24,000 nt of DNA from Tolypothrix brevis GSE-NOS-MK-07-07A (GTDB lineage Bacteria; Cyanobacteriota; Cyanobacteriia; Cyanobacteriales; Nostocaceae). The notes beneath the pieces are model-generated. The model was not told the DNA's origin. It saw only the letters and a program-made list of their open reading frames with translations, and searched no databases. Positions 16,386-24,000 of the stretch are shown here, one piece after another; position 1 is the first letter of the stretch; every line of letters begins with the position of its first letter. The stretch covers positions 7,839 through 31,838 of the forward strand of contig JAHHIJ010000031.1 in NCBI GenBank assembly GCA_019358985.1, in the 5' to 3' direction. The translations under genes were made by a program, and so were the position numbers.

Positions 16386-16410
16386 CGTCCATCTGCGTTT
16401 ATCTGCGGTT
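16386..16410. repeat. Inverted copy of the CGCAGAT decamer repeat
   Basis: CGTCCATCTGCGTTTATCTGCGGTT is the reverse complement of AACCGCAGATAAACGCAGATGGACG. Compare with 14028-14064. Confidence 0.8.
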
Positions 16411-16434
16411 AAAAATCCTTTCATCCAAAATAAA

Positions 16435-17658
16435 ATGACTTATGTAATCGGTTTAATTAGTGGCACCTCGGTAGATGGTATAGACGCTGCCTTAGTAGAT
16501 ATTTCCGGCACAGATTTGGATCTGAAAATTGAGTTGTTAGCTGGTGTTACATATCCCTACCCAGTCGAACTTAGAGAACGAATTTTAGCAGTTTGTGCAG
16601 GAGAGAGCATCTCAATGGCAGAATTGGCAGAATTAGATGATGCGATCGCCCTCGTTTTTGCCCAAGCTGCCCAAAATATCCAAAATGGTCACAAACCAGC
16701 CTCTTTGATTGGCTCCCACGGTCAAACAGTTTACCACCGACCACCTGGGGGAGAGGGGGGAATTTCTTCCTCAACTACAGACGCGATTCATCGCGTCTCT
16801 ACACAACCCCTTGGTTACAGCCTACAACTCGGACGCGGTGCTGTAATTGCTCATCTGACAGGTATCACCACTATCAGTAATTTTCGCGCCGCTGATGTTG
16901 CCGCAGGTGGTCAAGGTGCGCCCCTTGTACCGAGAGTAGATGCCTATTTGCTCAGTCATCCTCAAGAAGGGCGTTGTATTCAAAACATCGGTGGTATTGG
17001 TAATGTTGCTTACATACCACCTCGTCGTGACAACTGGCTAGAAAAAATTCTCGGTTGGGATACAGGACCAGGAAACAGCCTGTTAGATTTGGCAGTAGAG
17101 CATTTAACTGCTGGTGCGAAAACATACGATGAAAACGGTGATTGGGCAGCCAGTGGCACACCCTGCCATCCATTGGTAGAACAATGGCTAAATCAAGATT
17201 ACTTTCATTTACCGCCGCCTAAATCCACTGGTAGAGAGCTATTTGGCGTTGATTACTTGCATCAGTGTTTAAAAGACGCAGAAATATACCAACTCAGTTC
17301 TGCTGACCTGCTAGCAACTCTTACTGAACTAACCGCAGTCTCAATTGTTCACAATTACCGCACATTTCTTCCGCAAATGCCACAGCAAGTATTTTTATGT
17401 GGTGGGGGTAGTCGCAATCTTTATTTGAAACATCGTTTGCAGATTTTGTTACAATCAATCCCCGTATTAACCACAAATGAAGCGGGGTTGAGTGCCGATT
17501 TTAAAGAAGCGATCGCTTTCGCAATTTTAGCTTATTGGCGAAACTTAGGCATCCCCGGCAACCTACCAGCAGCTACAGGCGCCAGTCAAGAAGTGCTTTT
17601 AGGAGAGATTCATCAAAATAGTTTTGGTGTCGGGGTCATTTTTGAAGTTGCTGACTAA
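16435..17658 (+). CDS. anmK: Anhydro-N-acetylmuramic acid kinase
   Basis: 407-aa ORF. It has N-terminal [18 protein letters not shown], plus ..HGQTVYH.. and ..[11 protein letters not shown].., which match AnmK/UPF0075 motifs. Confidence 0.93.
   Translation: MTYVIGLISGTSVDGIDAALVDISGTDLDLKIELLAGVTYPYPVELRERILAVCAGESISMAELAELDDAIALVFAQAAQNIQNGHKPASLIGSHGQTVYHRPPGGEGGISSSTTDAIHRVSTQPLGYSLQLGRGAVIAHLTGITTISNFRAADVAAGGQGAPLVPRVDAYLLSHPQEGRCIQNIGGIGNVAYIPPRRDNWLEKILGWDTGPGNSLLDLAVEHLTAGAKTYDENGDWAASGTPCHPLVEQWLNQDYFHLPPPKSTGRELFGVDYLHQCLKDAEIYQLSSADLLATLTELTAVSIVHNYRTFLPQMPQQVFLCGGGSRNLYLKHRLQILLQSIPVLTTNEAGLSADFKEAIAFAILAYWRNLGIPGNLPAATGASQEVLLGEIHQNSFGVGVIFEVAD
16744..16803 (+). repeat. In-frame G-rich plus palindromic mini-insert inside anmK
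   Basis: CCTGGGGGAGAGGGGGGAATTTCTTCC is followed by the palindrome AGACGCGA-TTCA-TCGCGTCT (16779-16798). It encodes ..[19 protein letters not shown].., which has no counterpart in my recollection of E. coli AnmK (HEPTGVAPHTLQIG). Confidence 0.65.
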
Positions 17659-17692
17659 TGTTTCCGAATAGACATAAGAGTAGAATTTAATT

Positions 17693-17874
17693 ATGCGTTA
17701 ACCGAAATTCTTGATTAGACTATTCTGTGCTACGTCTCTACATTCTCTGATTGGATGCGTTGTGCGATCGCATTCTCGATTATATGCGTTAACCGAAATT
17801 CTTGATTAGACTATTCTGTGCTACGTCTCTACATTCTCTGATTGGATGCGTTGTGCGATCGCATTCTCGATTAT
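17693..17874. repeat. 91-bp tandem duplication (2 units: 17693-17783 and 17784-17874)
   Basis: The unit ATGCGTTAACCGAAATTCTTGATTAGACTATTCTGTGCTACGTCTCTACATTCTCTGATTGGATGCGTTGTGCGATCGCATTCTCGATTAT is repeated exactly, read by eye. The second unit contains the 3' end and stop of the 76-aa gene. Confidence 0.9.
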
Positions 17875-18051
17875 CCGTTTATTCTCTTCTATCGGTGTAC
17901 CATCTTCAGCAAACATCGACGGATATATAATTGCTTCAGAATCCGGAGTGCGACGACTAAATAGAACTTCCAACGCTTCTACATCTTCTCGATGAGCAAG
18001 CGCATACGCTCTCAATTCTTTTGTAGACATTTCTGCAAAATTAGGCTTCAT
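17821..18051 (-). CDS. Small hypothetical protein (DUF6887-like, from memory)
   Basis: 76-aa ORF, MKPNFAEMSTKELRAYALAHREDVEALEVLFSRR... It overlaps the upstream small ORF by 11 nt. Confidence 0.7.
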   Translation of the reverse strand: MKPNFAEMSTKELRAYALAHREDVEALEVLFSRRTPDSEAIIYPSMFAEDGTPIEENKRIIENAIAQRIQSENVET

Positions 18052-18199
18052 TTACAAATCTCCAAGTTCCATCCCGAAATACAAGGATTTGCAGATCATC
18101 ACCTGCTAAAATAAATACATTCCCAGTTATGTCACTAAAACGGAATAACTCGATTTCTCGGTAGAAGTTGGACAAGTACTGGCAAATTATCAGACACAT
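18041..18199 (-). CDS. Small hypothetical protein (DUF6888-like, from memory); not in the ORF track
   Basis: Hand translation gives MCLIICQYLSNFYREIELFRFSDITGNVFILAGDDLQILVFRDGTWRFVNEA (52 aa from ATG 18199-18197). The frame stays open upstream to about 18257 (..IYPTARQAL-M..), so a non-ATG start is possible. The stop TAA is at 18041-18043. Confidence 0.55.
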   Translation of the reverse strand: MCLIICQYLSNFYREIELFRFSDITGNVFILAGDDLQILVFRDGTWRFVNEA

Positions 18200-18285
18200 A
18201 AGTGCTTGTCGAGCCGTAGGGTAAATAGTCCTTTCCTCAATTCTGACATAAATAATAGACTATTAATCAAGCGCGATCGCATCTA

Positions 18286-18344
18286 ATCAGAGAATGTAGA
18301 GACGTAGCACAGAATAGTCTAATCAAGAATTTCGGTTAACGCAT
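18286..18344. repeat. 59-bp inverted copy of the outer part of the 91-bp unit
   Basis: ATCAGAGAATGTAGAGACGTAGCACAGAATAGTCTAATCAAGAATTTCGGTTAACGCAT is the exact reverse complement of 17784-17842 and of 17693-17751. Confidence 0.9.
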
Positions 18345-18656
18345 AAAGCGGGTTTCTGGTTTTACCCATGTACCACATTGCCCCAATCGCACAAAAATAA
18401 GAAATATTTATAAATATATAGACATCAGATATAGGATTTGGCGCTATTGATGGTTTATAATCACCCACAGATAAGTGCAAATCGGCAATCATCTACAGGA
18501 GGCAGCGTCACACCATCCTTCACCTAATCTCATCCCATCATCACTACATCAGGGCTTGCTTGAAGTCAAACAAATAATTTTTGCTCAATGGCAACGCATA
18601 AATATTAAACTTATAAGTCTTGTGCAGCGATATCTCTAGCTATAAAATCAGCAATT

Positions 18657-20237
18657 ATGTCTAAGGTTCTTGTCTCCGATCCAATTGACCAAGCTGGGAT
18701 TGACATACTCTCCCAAGTTGCCACTGTCGATGTTAAAACAAATCTCAAGCCAGGGGAACTAATAGAAATCATTGGTGAATATGATGCGCTGATGATTCGT
18801 TCTGGCACTCAAGTTACCAAAGAAATCATCGAAGCCGGCACTCAATTAAAAATTATCGGTCGTGCTGGTGTTGGTGTCGATAATGTCGATGTTCCCGCAG
18901 CTACCCGCCAAGGTATAGTTGTTGTTAACTCTCCTGAGGGTAACACGATCGCCGCCGCTGAACACGCCCTAGCAATGATGCTATCTTTATCTCGCTACAT
19001 CCCCGATGCCAATGCCTCAGTCAAACGCAATGAGTGGGATCGTAAAACTTTTGTTGGGGCAGAAGTATACAAAAAAACTCTCGGTATTGTCGGTTTAGGC
19101 AAAATCGGTTCTCATGTAGCTGGTGTTGCCAGAGCAATGGGAATGAGATTGTTAGCTTTTGACCCTTTCATTTCCACAGAACGAGCCGAGCAAATAGGCT
19201 GTCAATTAGTAGATTTGGATCTTCTATTGCAGCAAGCAGATTATATCACGTTACACATCCCAAAAACTCCCGAAACGACCCATTTAATCAACGCCGAAAA
19301 ATTGGCAAAGATGAAACCCAATGCCCGAATTATCAACTGCGCTCGTGGTGGGATCATTGATGAAGACGCTTTAGCCGCAGCGCTGAAAGAAGGTAAAATA
19401 GCAGGAGCGGCTTTGGATGTTTATGAGTCTGAACCTCTGGGAGAATCTCAGTTGCGATCGCTCGGTAAAGAAATTATCCTCACCCCACACTTAGGTGCAT
19501 CTACCAGCGAAGCACAAGTAAATGTGGCGATCGATGTTGCTGAACAAATTCGCGATGTCCTTTTAGGACTACCAGCGCGTTCAGCGGTAAATATTCCCGG
19601 ACTTAATCCCGATGTCTTGGAAGAACTTAAACCTTACATGCAGCTAGCAGAAACCTTAGGTAGACTTGTGGGACAGCTAGCCGGCGGACGTGTAGAATTA
19701 CTTAATGTGCGGTTACAAGGCGAACTCGCAACCAACAAAAGTCAGCCTTTAGTTGTCGCCGCTCTTAAAGGACTACTTTACCAAGCTCTACGCGAACGTG
19801 TAAACTACGTTAACGCCACCATCGAAGCAAAAGAACGCGGAATTCGTGTCATTGAAACGCGGGATGCTTCAGTTAAAGACTATGCCGGTTCCCTGCATCT
19901 CGAAGCTACAGGTACTTTGGGTACTCATTCTGTAACCGGTGCTTTGTTAGGTGACGGAGAAATTTACCTGACTAATATTGATGGCTTCCCCATTAGCGTC
20001 CCCCCCAGTCAATATATGGTATTCACCTTACACCGTGACATGCCGGGAATTATCGGTAAACTCGGTTCCCTACTCGGCAGTTTTAATGTCAATATTGCCA
20101 GTATGCAAGTAGGTAGAAAAATCGTTCGTGGTGATGCTGTGATGGCACTCAGCATTGATGATCCCTTACCCGATGGCATTTTGACGGAAATCATCAAAGT
20201 GCAGGGAATTAGGGATGCATACACAGTAACACTATAA
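18657..20237 (+). CDS. serA: D-3-phosphoglycerate dehydrogenase (long form with ASB and ACT domains)
   Basis: 526-aa ORF with the NAD-binding motif GIVGLGKIGSHVA and catalytic ..NCARGG..D.. and ..TPHLGAST.. segments. A C-terminal ACT-like domain is present. Confidence 0.95.
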   Translation: MSKVLVSDPIDQAGIDILSQVATVDVKTNLKPGELIEIIGEYDALMIRSGTQVTKEIIEAGTQLKIIGRAGVGVDNVDVPAATRQGIVVVNSPEGNTIAAAEHALAMMLSLSRYIPDANASVKRNEWDRKTFVGAEVYKKTLGIVGLGKIGSHVAGVARAMGMRLLAFDPFISTERAEQIGCQLVDLDLLLQQADYITLHIPKTPETTHLINAEKLAKMKPNARIINCARGGIIDEDALAAALKEGKIAGAALDVYESEPLGESQLRSLGKEIILTPHLGASTSEAQVNVAIDVAEQIRDVLLGLPARSAVNIPGLNPDVLEELKPYMQLAETLGRLVGQLAGGRVELLNVRLQGELATNKSQPLVVAALKGLLYQALRERVNYVNATIEAKERGIRVIETRDASVKDYAGSLHLEATGTLGTHSVTGALLGDGEIYLTNIDGFPISVPPSQYMVFTLHRDMPGIIGKLGSLLGSFNVNIASMQVGRKIVRGDAVMALSIDDPLPDGILTEIIKVQGIRDAYTVTL

Positions 20238-20411
20238 AAAGGATGAAGGATGAAGGTTAAAGGGGAAGAAATTGGACTCTTGATAAGATTGGCAAGGGGA
20301 AAAGGGTAAGCAATATAGAGCAAGAGTGAATAAATCCGTATTTTATTTCCGTCCCTTTCGCCTTTTTTCTTTTAGATATCTCCGAAAATGAACTATGCAT
20401 TGCCCCAAACC

Positions 20412-20446
20412 CTTGATTAGACGTAGCACTGCTACGTCTCTACATT
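20412..20446. repeat. Dispersed hairpin element, inverted relative to 13970-14008
   Basis: CTTGATTAGACGTAGCACTGCTACGTCTCTACATT, with stem AGACGTAGC (20419-20427) / GCTACGTCT (20431-20439). Confidence 0.8.
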
Positions 20447-20504
20447 GTTTTCTGGAGATGTCTTTTCCCCTTTCCCCCTCTTTTTCATACTTTATACTTT
20501 AGAT

Positions 20505-21425
20505 ATGGCAAATACCTGGTGGGAACTACAAATTCTGTGCGAACCAGACTTAGAAGAATCTATCTTTTGGCGTTTGGAAAGTTTTGGCTGTCGTGGTACT
20601 GCAAGTGAAACAAAAGAAAATTCTTGTTTAGTGCGGGGATATTTGCCACAATTTCAAGCGCAGTTACTAGATTTAGCGGCATTGTCATTATGGCTGCGTC
20701 AAGATGCTTTGTGTGTGGGATTGTCTGCACCGACTTTACATTGGCAGATAATTGATGAAGAGGATTGGTCAACTAGTTGGAAACAACATTGGCAACCTCA
20801 AGAAATAGGCGATCGCTTTCTCATCAACCCCGCTTGGCTACCTTTACCAATTTCAGGCGATCGCTTGGTAATTAAATTAGATCCAGGTGTTGCTTTTGGC
20901 ACAGGCGGTCATGCCACAACTCAGTTGTGTTTAGAATCATTAGAAATGCGTTTTGCTGAAGTACCACCATCTTTTGCAGATATAAACGCCCAAAAAAACG
21001 ATGTGGTAATTGCAGATATCGGCTGCGGTTCTGGTATCCTTTCCATAGGGGCATTGCTTCTGGGAGCCAAGAAAGCTTATGCCGTAGATACCGACCCTTT
21101 GGCAGTACAATCAACTAACAGCAATTGCATCCTCAACGATATTGATGCACAAAAGGTGGTGACAGCACAGGGAAGTGTAGACGTTTTGGCGAAACTGCTA
21201 GAAAACCCCGTTGATGGTATCGTCTGCAATATTTTGGCTGATGTGATTATCGAATTAGTACCGCAAATGAGTGCGATCGCTAAATCTACTACTTGGGGTA
21301 TCTTTAGTGGTATTCTGTTGGAACAATCGAAATCTGTCGCTGATGCCTTAGAAAAAAACGGTTGGGTAGTTGCTACCTTGTGGCGTCGTAAAGAATGGTG
21401 TTGTTTGAATGTGAGGCGATCGTGA
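20505..21425 (+). CDS. prmA: Ribosomal protein L11 methyltransferase
   Basis: [14 protein letters not shown].. then ..[14 protein letters not shown].. and the SAM-binding motif [11 protein letters not shown]. The start is moved to ATG 20505 because the track start TTG 20445 lies in the repeat region. Confidence 0.92.
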   Translation: MANTWWELQILCEPDLEESIFWRLESFGCRGTASETKENSCLVRGYLPQFQAQLLDLAALSLWLRQDALCVGLSAPTLHWQIIDEEDWSTSWKQHWQPQEIGDRFLINPAWLPLPISGDRLVIKLDPGVAFGTGGHATTQLCLESLEMRFAEVPPSFADINAQKNDVVIADIGCGSGILSIGALLLGAKKAYAVDTDPLAVQSTNSNCILNDIDAQKVVTAQGSVDVLAKLLENPVDGIVCNILADVIIELVPQMSAIAKSTTWGIFSGILLEQSKSVADALEKNGWVVATLWRRKEWCCLNVRRS

Positions 21426-21611
21426 CAGTTCTGACACTAATTCCATTTTTAGAAGCGGTTAGTAGTTTTCTTAGTCAATCTGTTCGGTTTGGGTGTCATT
21501 TTGCTCTGGCAATTTGGTAGAGAAAAACCTCAAATAGCTACTTAGTTAGCACGGCTGCATCTCGGCTCTTTTCTACCCGATCAATTGATTACACCGATCA
21601 ACTAACGAGAT

Positions 21612-22040
21612 TTAATTTACCAACGCCTTCGTAACGTCGCCATTTGTCGTCCCGTTCTCTGTATTCGGTATCATCACTGCTGCAATCGTCGCCGGTGGAG
21701 TATTCCCCACAGGTCGCTTACTACTCTTGCGTGGTCTGCCCCCAGCCTGAATATACTGCAAACTGTTCTTGCCATAGCGCGTTGCCACACTCATCAACAT
21801 TTTTTCCGAGTAGCTTGTCAAATCCTGCTCTAGCAATTTAATCTGCCCTACTGCTTCATCAACTTTAGAAAGCATTGTGTTGTAACTCGATAGCTTTGTT
21901 TGCAAGGTTTGAATCCGCCTTTCATACTCCGCTAAACTCAAGCTATCGCTAAACTCAAGCGTTTCGCTAATCGATCGCATCCCCGATATCCGTAGCGTTG
22001 CCTTATCCAATGGGATAGAACTGCGTTTCAGTCGTGCCAT
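21612..22040 (-). CDS. Hypothetical protein with a central coiled-coil and a basic/Pro-rich tail
   Basis: 142-aa ORF with no motif I recognise. It contains a heptad-like stretch (AEYERRIQTLQTKLSSYNTMLSKVDEAVGQIKLLEQDL). Confidence 0.55.
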   Translation of the reverse strand: MARLKRSSIPLDKATLRISGMRSISETLEFSDSLSLAEYERRIQTLQTKLSSYNTMLSKVDEAVGQIKLLEQDLTSYSEKMLMSVATRYGKNSLQYIQAGGRPRKSSKRPVGNTPPATIAAVMIPNTENGTTNGDVTKALVN

Positions 22041-22248
22041 GAATGCCTCTCCTACAAAAACTCGTGTGAAAATTAATACAGACTTGTGTTTCTACTTTAG
22101 CCATTTGCCATTCCTCTTTCCCTGAGTAAAAACCACCAAAATTGAAGTGAAGTTTACGGTAAAATCTGATAGTTTTTCCCTAATTTTACTTAAAATCTCT
22201 AGAATTAAAAGTATAAACAAATCATTTCTTGTTCTTAAGCCCTTGAAT

Positions 22249-22494
22249 ATCGTTTTGAAGTACCCAAACATCGTTTTGAAGTACCCAAATATCGTTTTGA
22301 AGTACCCAAATATCGTTTTGAAGTACCCAAATATCGTTTTGAAGTACCCAAATATCGTTTTGAAGTACCTAAATATCGTTTTGAAGTACCCAAATATCGT
22401 TTTGAAGTACCTAAATATCGTTTTGAAGTACCCAAATATCGTTTTGAAGTACCCAAACATCGTTTTGAAGTACCCAAACATCGTTTTGAAGTAC
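22249..22494. repeat. 21-bp tandem array, 11 full units plus one 15-bp partial unit (unit ATCGTTTTGAAGTACCCAAAT)
   Basis: Units were counted by hand. Units 1, 10 and 11 end ..AAAC. Units 6 and 8 have CCT in place of CCC. All other units are identical. Confidence 0.95.
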
Positions 22495-22631
22495 TTGCGC
22501 TGCTTTTATGCCGCGATCGCAATCTTGTAATTGGGACGATAGCGAATACTATACACCGACGATCGCGCTAAAATGTTCCAGTGCCGTGATTTATTAGCGA
22601 TCGCTCAAGTTCCTCAACGCAAACCATATAT

Positions 22632-23045
22632 ATGGCAAAAGATTTGTATCACGAGCAAGTTAAACGCGCTCTTGAAAAAGACGCATGGCAAATAACTCAC
22701 GATCCTTACGAATTGCGTATAGGTGGAGTTGAAATGTATATAGACATTGGGGCGGAACAGATTATTGGTGCCGAAAGGGGAAATGATAAAATTGCGGTTG
22801 AGGTGAAAAGTTTTATTAGTCCCTCAAGGATTTCTGATTTTCATTTGGCGCATGGACAGTTTTTAGATTATCGCTATGCTTTAGAAGATAAAGATCCAGA
22901 GCGAATTTTATATTTAGCAGTACCTCGTTTTGTTTATCAAACCTTTTTTAACTTAGCCTTTATTAATAGTGTGGTAGAACGCAGTCAAATTAAGCTTTTA
23001 GTTTATGACTTAGAAAAGGAGACAATTGAGCAATGGATAAAGTAG
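22632..23045 (+). CDS. xisH: XisH family protein (fdxN-element excision controlling factor-like; endonuclease-like fold)
   Basis: 137-aa ORF, MAKDLYHEQVKRALEKDAWQITHDPY..IDIGAE..IAVEVKSF.., which is the typical XisH pattern. Confidence 0.88.
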   Translation: MAKDLYHEQVKRALEKDAWQITHDPYELRIGGVEMYIDIGAEQIIGAERGNDKIAVEVKSFISPSRISDFHLAHGQFLDYRYALEDKDPERILYLAVPRFVYQTFFNLAFINSVVERSQIKLLVYDLEKETIEQWIK

Positions 23046-23374
23046 CTCTCTACAGGCAATATATTCAACAACTAATCCAAGCAAAAGCCGATCGCTCGAT
23101 GAAATCTGCAAAGGATGTTGAGGCTCAACCTATTTTTGATACGGAGCGCGATCACTATCAATTGGTGTATGTGGGTTGGAAGCAGAACGATATTAGGGAT
23201 TATGGATGTTTGCTACATTTGGATATTAAAAATGGCAAGATTTGGATTCAATATGATGGTACTGAAGATGGAATCGCCTATGATTTATTAAAATTAGGTG
23301 TACCCCATGAAGATATAGTTTTGGGTTTTCAACCTGCTAGGGTGCGCTCTGATACTGAGTTTGCTGTAGGTTAG
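23033..23374 (+). CDS. xisI: XisI family protein
   Basis: 113-aa ORF, MDKVALYRQYIQQLI..ERDHYQLVYVGW..LHLDIKNGKIWIQYDGTE.GIA..L...GVP..DIVLGF. It overlaps xisH by 13 nt. Confidence 0.88.
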   Translation: MDKVALYRQYIQQLIQAKADRSMKSAKDVEAQPIFDTERDHYQLVYVGWKQNDIRDYGCLLHLDIKNGKIWIQYDGTEDGIAYDLLKLGVPHEDIVLGFQPARVRSDTEFAVG

Positions 23375-23476
23375 GTTTCAATATTGATTGATGAATAGCG
23401 ATCGCAAGTTCAATTTTCATCAAGTCAAAGCGGGTATCATTTCAACCTATGCGATCGCCCCTAGAGTTAGAAAAGT

Positions 23477-24000
23477 CTATTTAACAGGGGGAAGCTTTAG
23501 TTCTATGCCTAATTTGTTCCCTATTTCCAGCACATTGTTTGTAAAGTCTGTCATACTTGCGATCGGGGCAGCGATTAGAGTACCAGCAGCTATTGCAGCT
23601 AGTAGACGCTTTTTGAGTTTGGGTAAATTGCGTTCTTTTTCTGGCTTTTGAATTTCTACTTCTATATCATCAAGATCCATGATGATGTCGTCGCGGGTTT
23701 CTGGTGGGAATTGGGCGGCAGTTTGGCGCAGGTTGCTGATGATTTGCATTAGTTCTGCTACGCTTGCGCCGCTTGTTTGGTTGAAGTTAGAGGCTTGCTG
23801 ACTGGCGTTATCTTTAACTTCGTTGGCGAAGCTGGCGATGTTTGCGCCTTGAAGGTTGTTTGTGAATTGAGGATTTTCTGACACAGCATTTGCCTCGGCT
23901 TTATTATTATTATTAATTTTAATTTCTCTGCTGACAGCTAGTTTAGCAATATCTCGCATATCTTCGTATGCAGTCCTATCATCTAAATCATTATCTCCTT
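23477..24000 (-). CDS. Hypothetical protein, C-terminal part (frame stays open to the right edge)
   Basis: The track gives 160 aa from ATG 23959, but the frame has no stop up to 24000 (..GDNDLDDRTAYED-MRDIAK..), so the gene probably starts outside the window. It has an Asn/Gln/Ala-rich low-complexity region and a C-terminal hydrophobic helix, LLAAIAAGTLIAAPIA. Confidence 0.5.
   Translation of the reverse strand, partial: GDNDLDDRTAYEDMRDIAKLAVSREIKINNNNKAEANAVSENPQFTNNLQGANIASFANEVKDNASQQASNFNQTSGASVAELMQIISNLRQTAAQFPPETRDDIIMDLDDIEVEIQKPEKERNLPKLKKRLLAAIAAGTLIAAPIASMTDFTNNVLEIGNKLGIELKLPPVK

Noticed and set aside
20241-20256. GGATGAAGGATGAAGG (complement CCTTCATCCTTCATCC) as a fifth copy of the TTTCATC operator
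   Set aside because: The half-sites are spaced 7 bp apart rather than 11 bp, there is no -10 box at the conserved distance, and no downstream minus-strand gene exists. It sits just after the serA stop.
20445-20504. TTG-start extension of prmA ([20 protein letters not shown])
   Set aside because: It overlaps the dispersed hairpin and the CT-rich repeat. PrmA homology starts at MANTWWEL (ATG 20505).
22249-22494. Possible CRISPR array
   Set aside because: The units are directly abutting with no unique spacers, the 21-bp period is too short, and no cas genes or leader are present.
22092-22530. Three long ORFs (129, 127 and 95 aa) with heptapeptide repeats (FGYFKTI, PNIVLKY, LGTSKRY)
   Set aside because: All three are read-through artefacts of the 21-bp tandem array, whose unit lacks stops in several frames. 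They overlap each other on both strands and have implausible composition.
23388-23651. 87-aa plus-strand ORF
   Set aside because: It largely overlaps, in antisense, the longer minus-strand ORF, which has a plausible TM helix. No motifs are present.
1-24000. Very frequent GCGATCGC (HIP1) octamers
   Set aside because: This is a genome-wide cyanobacterial signature, not a local feature. It was used only as taxonomic context.

Overview
The window looks like chromosomal DNA from a filamentous, Nostocales-like cyanobacterium. Evidence for that is the very frequent HIP1 octamers (GCGATCGC), an xisH/xisI pair, a cyanobacterial-type kdp operon with a truncated KdpD, and many short hairpin or heptamer/decamer dispersed repeats.

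Layout:
- 1-8300 (minus strand): a heavy-metal RND efflux locus. It holds an OmpR-family response regulator (partial), a secreted protein, a His-rich lipoprotein, an RND C-terminal gene fragment, a CusA-like RND pump, a DUF433/DUF5615 toxin-antitoxin-like pair and a membrane fusion protein. Its four transcription units each carry the same direct-repeat operator at a fixed distance from a -10 box.
- 8300-9650 (plus strand): a solo IsrB-type (HNH-less IscB relative) OMEGA nuclease gene. It has a structured, ORF-free upstream region that is the candidate omega RNA, and similar hairpins at both ends. I rate this the most interesting system in the window.
- 9850-16367: kdpA, kdpB, a small KdpF-like/kdpG ORF, kdpC and an N-terminal-only kdpD. 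There is an unusual G-rich/C-rich inverted repeat between kdpA and kdpB, and an in-frame 48-bp tandem insert in kdpB.
- 16435-21425: anmK (with an in-frame palindromic mini-insert), a two-gene mini-cassette bracketed by 59-bp inverted repeats, serA and prmA.
- 21600-24000: a hypothetical coiled-coil gene, a 21-bp x ~11.7 tandem array, xisH, xisI and a partial hypothetical gene.

All family assignments come from motif recognition by eye. No searches were run.
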